Assembly (NCBI GenBank): GCA_963729895.1
Contig: CAVSQB010000026.1
Span: 96,001-160,000, forward strand
Source: an uncultured Fibrobacterota bacterium
GTDB taxonomy: Bacteria; Fibrobacterota; Chitinivibrionia; Chitinivibrionales; FEN-1185
Direction: 5' to 3'
DNA length: 64,000 nt
Positions 1-9,860 of the stretch are shown piece by piece. The notes under the pieces are model-generated. The model was given only the letters and a program-made list of their open reading frames with translations. It had not been told where the DNA came from and searched no databases. The translations under genes and the position numbers were made by a program. Position 1 is the first letter of the stretch. Every line of letters begins with the position of its first letter.

Positions 1-1
1 C

Positions 2-1306
2 CCGGGAGCGCTCACCGAAGTGCTTCCGATTCTGAATGCGTCGGTGTATCTGAAAACCACCGGTATCTCGCCGGTCCTTCTTTCCAGCCCGGGTGCGGCT
101 ATCGCCTATCCTTTGTACACCATCATCGATTCGACAATTACGGACGCCTCCGGAAGATTTGCTTTTGCAAGCGTTGCCCAGGGCGCCTACGACCTGGGGA
201 TCGTCGCCGCGGGCTACCAGTCGCGGGACGTTTCCATAACCGTTCCACCGGATACGCTCGTAAGCATTTCGATGCTCACGGTTGGTGCGATATGCACGGT
301 AACGGGCAGCGTCAAGGAGGAAAAGTGCCCCGCGCCCGGGCTCGGGCTTCCCTGCTCGCTTTCGCCTGTCCAGGGATGCAGCGTGTCGGTGTATCTCCCT
401 TTGCTTCTGCAGCCTCTTGCAAAGAAATCCGCGGTCATCCTCGGTAACTCCTACACCGCGATCACCAACGGCGCCGGCCTGTATGCCATAGACAGCATTC
501 CCGTGACCTACACGGGGAACACGATTACGGTCACCGCCTCCAAGTCCGGATATGCCCAGGAATCAAGCCAGGCAACCCTGTTCTCCAACAGTTCCGTGAC
601 CGTCAACTTCGTGCTGCAATCATCCTATTCAAACGCAGAAACCACGACGGTGGACGACGTGCAGTTCATCGTGGCAACCCAAAAATCGCAGTACGTGCGG
701 GGTGACAGCATTGCCGTGCGCTACACCGTCATGAACAACTCAATGGCAACGGTCACCTACGATTTCTCGTCGGGCTGTCAGTTCGACATGATCGCCATGG
801 CGCCGCCCAAAGACACGGTCGACTGGTATGGCAGGCTGCTTGCCTGCACCATGATGGCCACGCAGATCGTTCTTGCACCCGGCGGATCGAAATCCATGGA
901 TTTTCCCGCGTTCGTCGATAACGACACGGCAAGCACCCTGGCAGTCACCGCGAAAATGATCGGCTACGACAAGAGCGCGTCGACGCTCATTGTTTCTGTT
1001 GGGAAAACAACGGCCGCGCTGCCCGTGCCGAGAAAAGTCGCGGATGCAAAGAAACCCGTGATCTCCTACTCGGCCGCGTCAAAGACGCTGTCGCTGCTTA
1101 TCGCAAGAAGCCAGTATGTTTCGGTGTCGGCATACGTGGTGAGCGGCCAGAAGATCTCGCAGCTCTCCACCAAGAAGTTCCTCACCGCGGGCACCCATTC
1201 CATAAGCCTGAAGAACGCTTCACTCACAAACGGGATCATCATATTCCGTGTGGAAGGCGACGGGTTCACGGCGGTCAAGCGGGTCAATTTGATCGAAGAG
1301 CGGTAA
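2..1306 (+). CDS. Secreted protein (5'-partial): carboxypeptidase-regulatory-like Ig repeats, BsuPI (intracellular proteinase inhibitor)-like domain and C-terminal sorting-type domain
   Basis: Frame is open to the window edge. Repeated 'TD..G.F/Y' Ig motifs; 'DFSSGCQFDM...TQIVLAPG' BsuPI-like; C-terminal 'YVVSGQKI...GIIIFRVEG...KRV' is CTD-like. Confidence 0.6.
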   Translation, partial: PGALTEVLPILNASVYLKTTGISPVLLSSPGAAIAYPLYTIIDSTITDASGRFAFASVAQGAYDLGIVAAGYQSRDVSITVPPDTLVSISMLTVGAICTVTGSVKEEKCPAPGLGLPCSLSPVQGCSVSVYLPLLLQPLAKKSAVILGNSYTAITNGAGLYAIDSIPVTYTGNTITVTASKSGYAQESSQATLFSNSSVTVNFVLQSSYSNAETTTVDDVQFIVATQKSQYVRGDSIAVRYTVMNNSMATVTYDFSSGCQFDMIAMAPPKDTVDWYGRLLACTMMATQIVLAPGGSKSMDFPAFVDNDTASTLAVTAKMIGYDKSASTLIVSVGKTTAALPVPRKVADAKKPVISYSAASKTLSLLIARSQYVSVSAYVVSGQKISQLSTKKFLTAGTHSISLKNASLTNGIIIFRVEGDGFTAVKRVNLIEER

Positions 1307-1584
1307 GAGGTCGAACAAATATTTGGGCGATCCCTGGTTCGCAATCCCAATTTGCACATTATCGAAGAATTTAGCTGTTTTAGCCCAGACATTTTTGGCA
1401 AAATTTATTATATTATGCAATACGGGGACAGGTTGGGAGCCTGATCAACGAAAGGGGAAATTGGTAAGAAAAGGTCTTGAATCGGAATCCTGACTGGCGC
1501 CTTCATGGCAACACAAAGATGAGGCCGGATTCAATTTAACTGAATGCGAATAAAATTCAATCACTTTAACAAGAGGGTGTCTTT

Positions 1585-3252
1585 ATGAATCTCAACAGAT
1601 TTTTGCGGTCGGCTGCGATCTTGAGGAACATGCTGCTGGTAGCCATAGGGCTCGTCATGGTTGGCACAGCGTATGGGCAGAACGTCACATGGATGCGATC
1701 ATCCAGCGGCGGGGACCAGTGCAAGACCCAGTCGCTTTCGTTTCACGCTGCCGGAACCACGGAGCAGGTCACAGTTACCGTGAACCCGGCGACTACATAT
1801 CAGACCATGATGGGGTTCGGCGGTTCTTTCACCGATGCAGGGGCCTGGGCTTTGAACTTTCTCAGCCCAGCAGACCGCGCTACAGTGGTTAAGATGTATT
1901 TCGGCCCCACAGGCGCAAACTATTCGGTTTGCCGCTCGCAGATGGGCGCCAGCGATTTTTCTAACGTCCTGTACAGTTATGATGATCAGGCCGCAGACTA
2001 TACGCTGAGCCATTTCAGTGTTTCTCACGACTCCGCATTTATTCTCCAATGGGAGAAGGATGCACTGGCTCAAAATCCAAGCCTTAGAATATTCGGTTCA
2101 CCGTGGAGCGCCCCGGCGTGGATGAAATCGAACAACAATATGGATAACGGCGGGACCTTGAAAACGGATGCCAATACGCAAAATGCCTGGGCCTTGTACT
2201 TTGTGAAATATGTCCAGGCCTATACTGCTGCGGGTGTTCCCGTATGGGGAGTGACAATCCAGAACGAGCCGGCAGCAACCCAGAGTTGGCCATCCATGAT
2301 CTTTACCGATGTTACCGAGCGCGATTTTCTCAAGAATTATCTGGGTCCAACCCTGCAGAGCAATAACCTTGATACCGGCAAATTGCACGTCATGTTTCTT
2401 GACCACAACAGAGATATGATGGTCCAGTGGGCAAACACTTTCTATGCCGATCCCACTGCCACAAGCATGGTCTGGGGAGAGGCGATTCACTGGTACGACT
2501 ACCAGAATCTTTTCAGCGCCGTTAATCAGGTTTACACGCAATATGACATTGCCGGCCCGCACAAGCACATCCTCGCAACCGAACAATGCATAACCGGTTA
2601 CAATCAAGGCAATCCCCCTTCATGGGCCAACAGCGCCGAATCGTATGCCAAGGATATTTTTGGCGACTGTTCGAATGGTTCCGAAGGCTGGGTTGACTGG
2701 AACATGATTCTTGATCTGCAAGGAGGCCCGAACCTGTCCAATAACTGGTGCGAAGCCGGGATCATGATAAACACAACTGCCAAGACATACAACATCATGC
2801 CCATCTATTGGTATATGGCACAGTTTTCCAAGTATGTTCGGACCGGGGCCGTGCGCCTAGGCTGCACCGCAGCCGGAACCAATGCACCGGAAGTAATGGC
2901 ATTTAAGAACCCCGATTCCAGCATCGTGGTAATCGCGCATAATAATGGACAGACGTCCTACATCGGCAGAGTAATCATTGGGAGCAATCAAATAGAGTAC
3001 AGCAGTACTCCTTTGTCAATGGACGACTTCGTCTGGTACCCGGTCGGCGTTTCTGTTGTGAATAATCCTGCGGCGTCCTCGAGAACCAAGTCATCCGCCG
3101 GGCGCCACATTCTGGGTCTCAACAATACGCTGCAAGGTACGGGTGCAGCAAAGTTTACGGTATCAGGAAAAAGAGTTTCTGAGTCCGCAACGGATCGCGT
3201 TGCTCCCGGCGTATACGTTGACAAGCCAAGCGACAACACCGAAACGAAATAA
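1585..3252 (+). CDS. Glycoside hydrolase family 30 (glucosylceramidase-like), secreted
   Basis: Signal peptide; GFGGSFTDA, SPWSAPAWMK, QNEP (acid/base), ATEQC (nucleophile) and WVDWNMILD..GGPN motifs. Confidence 0.92.
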   Translation: MNLNRFLRSAAILRNMLLVAIGLVMVGTAYGQNVTWMRSSSGGDQCKTQSLSFHAAGTTEQVTVTVNPATTYQTMMGFGGSFTDAGAWALNFLSPADRATVVKMYFGPTGANYSVCRSQMGASDFSNVLYSYDDQAADYTLSHFSVSHDSAFILQWEKDALAQNPSLRIFGSPWSAPAWMKSNNNMDNGGTLKTDANTQNAWALYFVKYVQAYTAAGVPVWGVTIQNEPAATQSWPSMIFTDVTERDFLKNYLGPTLQSNNLDTGKLHVMFLDHNRDMMVQWANTFYADPTATSMVWGEAIHWYDYQNLFSAVNQVYTQYDIAGPHKHILATEQCITGYNQGNPPSWANSAESYAKDIFGDCSNGSEGWVDWNMILDLQGGPNLSNNWCEAGIMINTTAKTYNIMPIYWYMAQFSKYVRTGAVRLGCTAAGTNAPEVMAFKNPDSSIVVIAHNNGQTSYIGRVIIGSNQIEYSSTPLSMDDFVWYPVGVSVVNNPAASSRTKSSAGRHILGLNNTLQGTGAAKFTVSGKRVSESATDRVAPGVYVDKPSDNTETK

Positions 3253-3265
3253 CCGGTCGGTATAT

Positions 3266-3307
3266 AAATAAACGAACCCCGCTCAATCGAACGGGGTTCG
3301 TTTATTT
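3266..3307. terminator. Intrinsic terminator, probably bidirectional
   Basis: Perfect 16-bp inverted repeat aaataaacgaaccccg / cggggttcgtttattt just after the GH30 stop. Confidence 0.85.
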
Positions 3308-3361
3308 TGTGTGACGATATAGGCGGCCTTCTGCTGAACGGCCTTCGTGGCTCAAGTGTGG

Positions 3362-4219
3362 CTATACCCCAATTACTTTCTCAGTCGAAATGGGAGTTTT
3401 CTCTTTGAATTGACCTCTGTATTCTTCAGGTGTTTTCCCCTTTAGTGATCCGTGTGGCCGTATCCGGTTGTAAATGTTCTTCCAATGTTCGATTATTCTT
3501 TCTGCGTCCTCTAATGAGATGAACCAGTTTTCATTCAAGCATTGGTCCCTGAATATCGAATTGAATGATTCTACAAAAGCATTCTGGCTGGGCTTGCCGG
3601 GCTGAATGAATTCCTGCCTTACCTGGTTTCGTATTGCCCAGAGCATGAGTTCTTTGCTCCGGAATTCCGGGCCGTTATCAGTCAACAGAGCTTCCGGCTT
3701 TCCGTACCTGGCCACCAGGTGGTCTAGAACTTGGCAGACTCCTAGTGCTGGAATAGAACGTGCTACCTTGATTGCAAGAGCCTCACGGGTGCAGTCATCG
3801 ACAACATTCAGGCATTTCAGCTTGCGCTTGTCGGAAGTACTGTCGAATATGAAATCCATTGACCAGCGACGGCTTGGCCGATCCGGCAGCGTCAACGGCA
3901 TCCGTTGGCTATTGCGTTTCTGACGCCTCCTCCGCTTGCTTTTCTGAAGCGATTCTTCCTTGTAGAGCCGATGCACACGTTTGTGATTTACTATGTACCC
4001 AAGGTTGCGGAGATACCAATAAAGCGTCGGAAAGCCCCATGAACGGAACGATGAAATGGTTTCATGCATTTTTGTTTTCAACTCGCTGTTCAAAGCCGAT
4101 TCCTGCGGTCGATAGCGGTACCCTGCCGGTGTCATACCCAGAAGTCCGCATGCTTTCCGTTGACTCAGGCCTTGCCGCATTAGTGCGTCCACAGTCAGCC
4201 TACGCTGAGGACGCTTCAC
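3362..4219 (-). CDS. IS3 transposase OrfB (DDE integrase core)
   Basis: WSMDF, TDNGPEF, PGKPSQNAFVESFN; lies in the -1 frame relative to orfA with a TAGTG overlap. Confidence 0.93.
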   Translation of the reverse strand: MKRPQRRLTVDALMRQGLSQRKACGLLGMTPAGYRYRPQESALNSELKTKMHETISSFRSWGFPTLYWYLRNLGYIVNHKRVHRLYKEESLQKSKRRRRQKRNSQRMPLTLPDRPSRRWSMDFIFDSTSDKRKLKCLNVVDDCTREALAIKVARSIPALGVCQVLDHLVARYGKPEALLTDNGPEFRSKELMLWAIRNQVRQEFIQPGKPSQNAFVESFNSIFRDQCLNENWFISLEDAERIIEHWKNIYNRIRPHGSLKGKTPEEYRGQFKEKTPISTEKVIGV

Positions 4220-4482
4220 TATTTTCTTTGCAGCACTTCCTTCATTGCATCGATCTGAAGTGCCTGGTCTGCAACAATCCGCTTGAGCCGGCTGTTTTCG
4301 CCCTCGATCTCCTTCATCCTTTTCAGATCAGAGAGCTCAAGTCCGCTGTATTTGCTCTTCCAACGGAAGTACGTGTTCTCTGAAATACCATATTGACGAC
4401 AAAGATCAGCGACTTTGGCTCCGCGGTCGCCCTCTTGCAGGATCCGAAAAATCTGCTCTTCACTGTAGCGCTTGCCTTTCAT
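4219..4482 (-). CDS. IS3 transposase OrfA (HTH)
   Basis: MKGKRYSEEQI...LCRQYGISENTYFRWKSKY..LE.EN.RLK, the typical OrfA. Confidence 0.92.
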   Translation of the reverse strand: MKGKRYSEEQIFRILQEGDRGAKVADLCRQYGISENTYFRWKSKYSGLELSDLKRMKEIEGENSRLKRIVADQALQIDAMKEVLQRK

Positions 4483-4585
4483 GAGTCCTCCTAGTTAGTT
4501 TAAAATAACTCGGAAAACTCCCTTCTCAAATGAGCAAGTTTTCGGGGGTATAGCCAAGTGCATTCCCAAGTTGTTTTGACTCATT

Positions 4586-4613
4586 TTGACTTGCATTGTT
4601 TTTATCTTATATT
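4586..4613 (+). promoter_or_regulatory. Candidate sigma70 promoter for the downstream beta-barrel gene
   Basis: TTGACT-16 nt-TATATT in an AT-rich tract. Confidence 0.4.
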
Positions 4614-4782
4614 CTAAATAGTCGGTTATTATCGCCCTATCGTCGTTTCGATACATGTCTGAAAATCCACGACTCACGGCAGCGCGTCGGTTTCTTCCGA
4701 AGAGGGCGGCCGATTAATTCCCATAGTGTTGTTTCGAAGAGTGAAACGACGATGCAATCGACCCAAAAGGTGAGCAGAACCG

Positions 4783-4810
4783 GAGATTGCCGCGCTATCC
4801 TCGCAATGAC
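4783..4810 (+). repeat. REP-like palindromic element (GAGATTGCC...CCTCGCAATGAC), short copy
   Basis: Shares both ends with the copy at 56059-56092. Confidence 0.6.
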
Positions 4811-4901
4811 GATTGTGCTTACGAAGGTGCAATGGAAGGATCTGCAAAACCGGTATTTCTAAAGAACTGTTCAATAAACCTTTCTCAAAGGAGTCTTACG
4901 A

Positions 4902-6320
4902 ATGATGAAGTACAGGCTTTGGATTGCAGCAGTTATCGGCCTCATGTGCTTGAGCGGCTTGTCACAAGCGGCAAGTGCGGAAGGAATTGATTCGACCGGC
5001 TCGTCTGAAACCAATACAAAAGGACTGACAGCACTTGGCCTCCGTTTTGTGGGTTTCGCCTCCGTAGAATTCGGCCAATTCATAAATACTTACATGTTGA
5101 CCAGCAGTACACCTCACCAGGATGAGATGGAGACGTATGTCAATTTCGGGGTGTCAAAACAAGTTACTGACCGTTTTGAGATCCAAGCCAGAGTCGAAGG
5201 GCAAATGTCTTTTAACACCTTCAACCAAAATGAGAAAGGCGGAGTAGAGGGATTCTACTTGCCACAAATGTACTACAACTTCTATTTTGACCGTGCATTC
5301 GGTTCTTATTCCCTGGGGGATGTGCAATCGCCCTATCTCAAGTTCACCCTCGGCTACTTTCCGTTTAAGTATAACCCGGATGCCCGCGACCTCGGCGAAT
5401 ATCTTTACAGAAGCGGCACCTACCCGGCATACCTCATTAATAATTTTGATTATCCGCAGGCCAGGCTTGCGGGGTTGTACGTGAGCAGCGACCTGTTCGG
5501 GTGGCTTCACCAGGACCTTCTCTTGACATCATCATGCGAAAGGCCGCCTTGGTTTGATTTGAACCTCGGGTATATTGCCAACTTCGACATTGCAAAAATC
5601 CTGAATATCGGCGTGGGCGGCATGTACCAAAGTCTCGTTCCTGCCGACGCGGGCCTCACTTCGCCAAAGGACCAGGAAAACTTGTACGTGAAAAATGCGG
5701 TTACAGATTCTCTCGGAAATATTGTTTCAGGGGATACAGGTTATTACACCTCCGCCGGATTGAAAGCAATGGCCCGTATTTCGTTTGATCCCAAACGGAT
5801 TTTCTGCCCATCGTGCGACGATTTCACTTTTCTTGGAAAAGAAGGTTTGAAAATATACGGAGAGGCGGCGGTGCTGGGCTGGGAGGATTACCCTGCAAGC
5901 CAGGCTAACCCCTACGGGTACGACGTGTTCCGGAATAAGACCCCCAGAATGGTGGGAATCAATTTGCCGTCGTTTGAGTTCAAGAAATTCAGCCTCTTCG
6001 ATGTATTCACGGCAGAACTCGAATATTATGGCTGCATGTATCCAAACAATTACCAATACAAAGATCAGGCGCTGTACTTACCCGTTCCCGTCCCTTCTTC
6101 TCAAACGGACCAGGATCCTCACACGTATGCCACTTTGGACAACTGGAAATGGGCGTTCTACGCAAAGAAGAGTTTCAAGAACGGCTTTTACATGGTGGGT
6201 CAAATCGCGTGCGATCATATCCGTAATGAATCGCCGGTCAATGCCTTTTACGATTCAGAGGAAATGCTGCGTTCTTGCCACTCCTGGTGGTGGGTGTTGA
6301 AGCTGGGATATCAATTCTGA
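4902..6320 (+). CDS. Hypothetical outer-membrane beta-barrel protein
   Basis: Signal peptide, aromatic-rich amphipathic strands, C-terminal ...KLGYQF (BAM-type signal). Confidence 0.65.
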   Translation: MMKYRLWIAAVIGLMCLSGLSQAASAEGIDSTGSSETNTKGLTALGLRFVGFASVEFGQFINTYMLTSSTPHQDEMETYVNFGVSKQVTDRFEIQARVEGQMSFNTFNQNEKGGVEGFYLPQMYYNFYFDRAFGSYSLGDVQSPYLKFTLGYFPFKYNPDARDLGEYLYRSGTYPAYLINNFDYPQARLAGLYVSSDLFGWLHQDLLLTSSCERPPWFDLNLGYIANFDIAKILNIGVGGMYQSLVPADAGLTSPKDQENLYVKNAVTDSLGNIVSGDTGYYTSAGLKAMARISFDPKRIFCPSCDDFTFLGKEGLKIYGEAAVLGWEDYPASQANPYGYDVFRNKTPRMVGINLPSFEFKKFSLFDVFTAELEYYGCMYPNNYQYKDQALYLPVPVPSSQTDQDPHTYATLDNWKWAFYAKKSFKNGFYMVGQIACDHIRNESPVNAFYDSEEMLRSCHSWWWVLKLGYQF

Positions 6321-6347
6321 CAAACCGAATAAACCCAATTCGCTAAA

Positions 6348-6410
6348 GAGCCCCGACTCTTGAAAGCGCCTTGTCAGGTGCCGACAATCGTCGGGGTTCA
6401 TTTTTTTCTT
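6348..6410 (+). terminator. Intrinsic terminator
   Basis: gagccccgac...gtcggggttc stem followed by a T-run. Confidence 0.6.
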
Positions 6411-6510
6411 TGCGAAAATTTGTGATCTTCGCTCGCATGTCGGCACCACCTGGGTTCCCCATGCAGGGTTGCACGCCGGGGAAATTGATGACGGAATCGA
6501 AGGCCAATCA

Positions 6511-6542
6511 AAAGGGGATGGTTTCTCTTGACCATCCCTTTT
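6511..6542 (-). terminator. Intrinsic terminator for the minus-strand envelope genes
   Basis: aaaggggatggt / accatccctttt hairpin about 30 nt after the stop at 6574. Confidence 0.6.
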
Positions 6543-6573
6543 CTCCCGATTGATCAAAAACGACTCAAGATTC

Positions 6574-7791
6574 TTACAACGGCTCCACCCCTATGATAAT
6601 AAGCTTCTTGTTGATTGCTATCTGCGAAATCTTGGCCACATTCTTCAGTCCGTCGCGAAAGGCCCGGTAGATCTTGGACGACTTGTTGAACTCCGCCTTC
6701 TTGGCCCACACGTTGTAGTCGAGCGTCTTGTCGGTCACGATATTTTCTTTCGACAAGGCAAAAGTCGCGTCCATGAGATCGGAAATTTTATCCTTCACGC
6801 TTTCGTCGATGGTGCCGGACAAGCTCTTGAAAACGAGCTTGTACTGGATGCCCTTTTTCACGTCGTCCTGCCAGTAATTGACAAGCCGCTGCAGCACCTT
6901 GTCTGTGGCGCTGTTCACCGCCTCTTCCACGAGCGGTTCGGCCGGGCCGGGCCGCGCCGCGCTGTATCCCGTTTCGGTCCCCAAAAGCCTTCCCGTGGTG
7001 GTCTCGTACGCCCGTATCTGAAGCGTTACCTTGTTCTGCTCGTATACCATGCCTGCAAACACGATATAAATATCGGAGCCCAAAGCGAGGGCGAGCTGGT
7101 ATCCCATGTCTTCTTCCGCGCCTTTGATGTCGCCATGCAGCCGTGTCATCTCGTTGATCTGGTCCATGGCCCGAGGCACCACCACGTCGTATTTGCGTGC
7201 AGTAAGATAGCTCTCGATGACCGCTGCCGCGTGCTTTGCAAGAGGGTTTGCGTCGAACACCTGCAGCGGGGTCTGGTCTTTGGGAACTTCGGGAATCACC
7301 ATGATGGTGGGCATGCCCGCGGCGTCCGACAATTCTTCGTGCGACGCGATGATACCTTTTGCAACCAGGTCGTCGGTGAGCATTTTCTTGTTGACCCGCA
7401 CCGCCTTGGTGATCTTCATGCCGTCCCTGCCGTTGGGCAGCTTGGTCCTGACCGCCGAAACCACCGCATTTGCCTCCCAGGTGATGTACTTGTTGACATT
7501 CGCGTTGTCGAAGAAATCCTCGGCAATGCCGCCAAACTGGTTTTTGGCCGCCTGGGTCGACAGCAGCGGATCTGTGCCGAGGCTCAAAACAAAATTGACC
7601 GCGCATTTGCGAAGGTCGAGGATGGCCTCCTTGTCGTTCTTGCCGAGACCGGTTGCCTGAATGGTCACCTCCGACGGCGAATAGGTCTCCACGAACGTGG
7701 CCTGGCTGGACAGCGGGAGATTTGAATCCTTTGCATATGAGCACGGGAAGAACAAGGCGGCGGCGATGCAACTGAGAAAAAGCTTGTTCAT
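6574..7791 (-). CDS. DUF6175-family exported protein
   Basis: Signal peptide MNKLFLSC after an SD (gaaagga); 'MPTIMVIP...GSDIYI...L.I.AYETTTG.LLG' motif. Confidence 0.65.
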   Translation of the reverse strand: MNKLFLSCIAAALFFPCSYAKDSNLPLSSQATFVETYSPSEVTIQATGLGKNDKEAILDLRKCAVNFVLSLGTDPLLSTQAAKNQFGGIAEDFFDNANVNKYITWEANAVVSAVRTKLPNGRDGMKITKAVRVNKKMLTDDLVAKGIIASHEELSDAAGMPTIMVIPEVPKDQTPLQVFDANPLAKHAAAVIESYLTARKYDVVVPRAMDQINEMTRLHGDIKGAEEDMGYQLALALGSDIYIVFAGMVYEQNKVTLQIRAYETTTGRLLGTETGYSAARPGPAEPLVEEAVNSATDKVLQRLVNYWQDDVKKGIQYKLVFKSLSGTIDESVKDKISDLMDATFALSKENIVTDKTLDYNVWAKKAEFNKSSKIYRAFRDGLKNVAKISQIAINKKLIIIGVEPL

Positions 7792-7902
7792 GGGTCCGGT
7801 CCTTTCGTAAAGGTGAAAATCGTTCATGTGCAAGATCGAGGTTCCAGCTTGTCAAACCGCGAAGGCTTTCCGCAAACTTTCAATCTGGAACTTGAAGCCC
7901 TT

Positions 7903-9684
7903 CTATTTTACTCCTCCCGCAACCCCATGAAGCATATCGAGCGGGTCGAACGCAATGGACGGCAGCGACCAGACAAAATAGACGCTCGCCGTAATTCCGG
8001 TGTGGTTTACCGGAGCGTCGTTGTCGATGGTTGCTATGTTTTGCCAGGAGCCGCCGGACCCATTCTTATAGGAATAATCCCAGCTCGAGCTGTTCCCATA
8101 AAACTGGTAGCCGGCGCCCACGCCGATGTTGACGGCAGGCGAAACCGCAAATTCGAGCGCGCCGTTTGCGGCGAACCCGAGAGCGGCATTTATGAGCCTG
8201 TAATATTCGTCGTTGTTCGTTGTTGTGTTTGTCCACTTGTCGGTTTCCAGGATCAACGACTGGTAGCCCGCTTCGGGTTGCAGCACGATGGCGAGCCGGC
8301 CGATATAGAATTTCTTGATAAGAGATATTTCCGCCGACCAGTTGAACATCCAGCTCAAATTTGCGCTTCCGTGATCATACTCTTCCATGTGGTCGATGGA
8401 ATCGCTCTTGGAGCCCGAAACCGCACCGGTCCCCAAGCCGCCCGACAGGCCGAAGAAAAACTGGTTGAGGCCGAACCATTTGCCGATGTTATACTCTATG
8501 TCAAGTCCGCCCCCGTAACCGTTATTCAGCGACAGGTGGTTGAACAGGGGGGTAACCGTGTCGGGCGTGGTAAACGCGAACATGCGTCCCCGTATCAGCA
8601 AATCGAGCGGCAGCCGCGGATATTCGCTGAGCACCGCGCCGGTGTACGGATTTCCGCCGATCACCTCCGCCTTTGATTTGTATCCCTGTTTTGACGTGGA
8701 ATCGGCGACCGAGGTGACCATCACCCATCCGGATTTCTTTGTCGTTTGGTTGCCCATAGAATCTTCGGATATCTCCACGATCTGATATTTGTCGTCCACC
8801 CTGACGCCTTCGCGCCTGCCGAGGTTGAATCCCACGCCCATGAATCCTTTGTCAATTACCTGCCCCGACAGCCTGAAATCCGGGATCTGCTGGGTGGCGA
8901 CCACCAGGTTGCGCGCCGCGTTCTTGACAGCAGCGCGAAATGCGAATTCCTTGTAGCCGACCATGCCCGCTTCGGTGGCGTAGTTGCGGTCCCTCACGGA
9001 AAATCCGCTCGAATACGTGAAGGTCTTCACCACGGGAATTGCGTGCGCCTTTTCGCCCTGGGCGGAAATCCGGAACCAGATGATGCCGGCGGCAAAACCG
9101 GTGGAATAGGAGCTGTCTTTGAGCTGTGAAGTATAGCCCCGTATGAGCGGAATATAGATGTATGCGGAATTCATCACCTTTTCGACGTCTTCCATGGTAA
9201 TGCCGAGCGTCTTTGCCTTGTCGGCGATAAAGGAATTTCTCTGCTGCTCGCTCGTGAGGCCGGCGGCGCGCGCTTCTTTGTTGAGATCGACAACCGCACA
9301 AATCCTGGGGACCACGGTGCGCTCCATGACCGCGGCGAGGCTGTCGAGCATGGGATCGGCGCCTCCGGCAGTGTTGATGGCTTCATTTACATATGGATAA
9401 TGCACCGCGTTCGCCTGCGCGACAAAATCTCCGAGCAGGGAATCGGGGACCGGGTTGTAATCGAAGCGCGGCATGGAAACGGCCTGCTTTACTTTGTCGA
9501 GTATCAGCGCCACCTTGTCGGGCGAGAGCGTGCGCGCCGATTCGTCCATCAACCACAGCGCGTTGATATAGGTCACGGATTTTCGCGCGTACGCGCCGGC
9601 CTCTTTGGTGGAAACGTTCTGGGCTGAGGCAAAGGCGGGGAGCAGGAGCAGAGCAAGCGTCAGCGTGAGCATCGCAGTTCGCAT
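7903..9684 (-). CDS. Hypothetical exported/outer-membrane protein (FlgT-C-like central motif, C-terminal beta-barrel)
   Basis: Signal peptide MRTAML; 'GQVIDK...NLGRREGVRVDDKYQI'; alternating beta-strands in the C-terminal half. Confidence 0.55.
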   Translation of the reverse strand: MRTAMLTLTLALLLLPAFASAQNVSTKEAGAYARKSVTYINALWLMDESARTLSPDKVALILDKVKQAVSMPRFDYNPVPDSLLGDFVAQANAVHYPYVNEAINTAGGADPMLDSLAAVMERTVVPRICAVVDLNKEARAAGLTSEQQRNSFIADKAKTLGITMEDVEKVMNSAYIYIPLIRGYTSQLKDSSYSTGFAAGIIWFRISAQGEKAHAIPVVKTFTYSSGFSVRDRNYATEAGMVGYKEFAFRAAVKNAARNLVVATQQIPDFRLSGQVIDKGFMGVGFNLGRREGVRVDDKYQIVEISEDSMGNQTTKKSGWVMVTSVADSTSKQGYKSKAEVIGGNPYTGAVLSEYPRLPLDLLIRGRMFAFTTPDTVTPLFNHLSLNNGYGGGLDIEYNIGKWFGLNQFFFGLSGGLGTGAVSGSKSDSIDHMEEYDHGSANLSWMFNWSAEISLIKKFYIGRLAIVLQPEAGYQSLILETDKWTNTTTNNDEYYRLINAALGFAANGALEFAVSPAVNIGVGAGYQFYGNSSSWDYSYKNGSGGSWQNIATIDNDAPVNHTGITASVYFVWSLPSIAFDPLDMLHGVAGGVK

Positions 9685-9860
9685 GGAACATCCTTTCGCA
9701 CGTACGGATTGCCGGCGCCGGGCGGCGCGTAAACACATGGGCCGGTAAAGGCCGAACCGGGAATTATGGCATCGATGAATAAATATCGTTTCTGCCCCTG
9801 ATGTGCAAAAGGGTTCTTGGGGGGCAAGAGACCGCGCGAGGTACCGGCGAGCCTACGTGT

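Larger units (their letters stand above)
3359..4556 (-). mobile_element. IS3-family insertion sequence (IS407-group-like), 1198 bp
   Basis: Imperfect terminal inverted repeats beginning TGGCTATACCCC at both ends; 4-bp target duplication AGTG (3355-3358 and 4557-4560); orfA/orfB organisation. Confidence 0.93.

Noticed and set aside
1420..1584. Hairpins upstream of the GH30 gene as a riboswitch
   Set aside because: No recognisable aptamer consensus and no terminator; the pairing is weak.
4495..4677. 60-aa ORF resembling an IS200 TnpA fragment (...HLAIPPK)
   Set aside because: The suggestive LAIPPK is encoded by the IS3 inverted repeat itself, and the rest is AT-rich promoter-like DNA.
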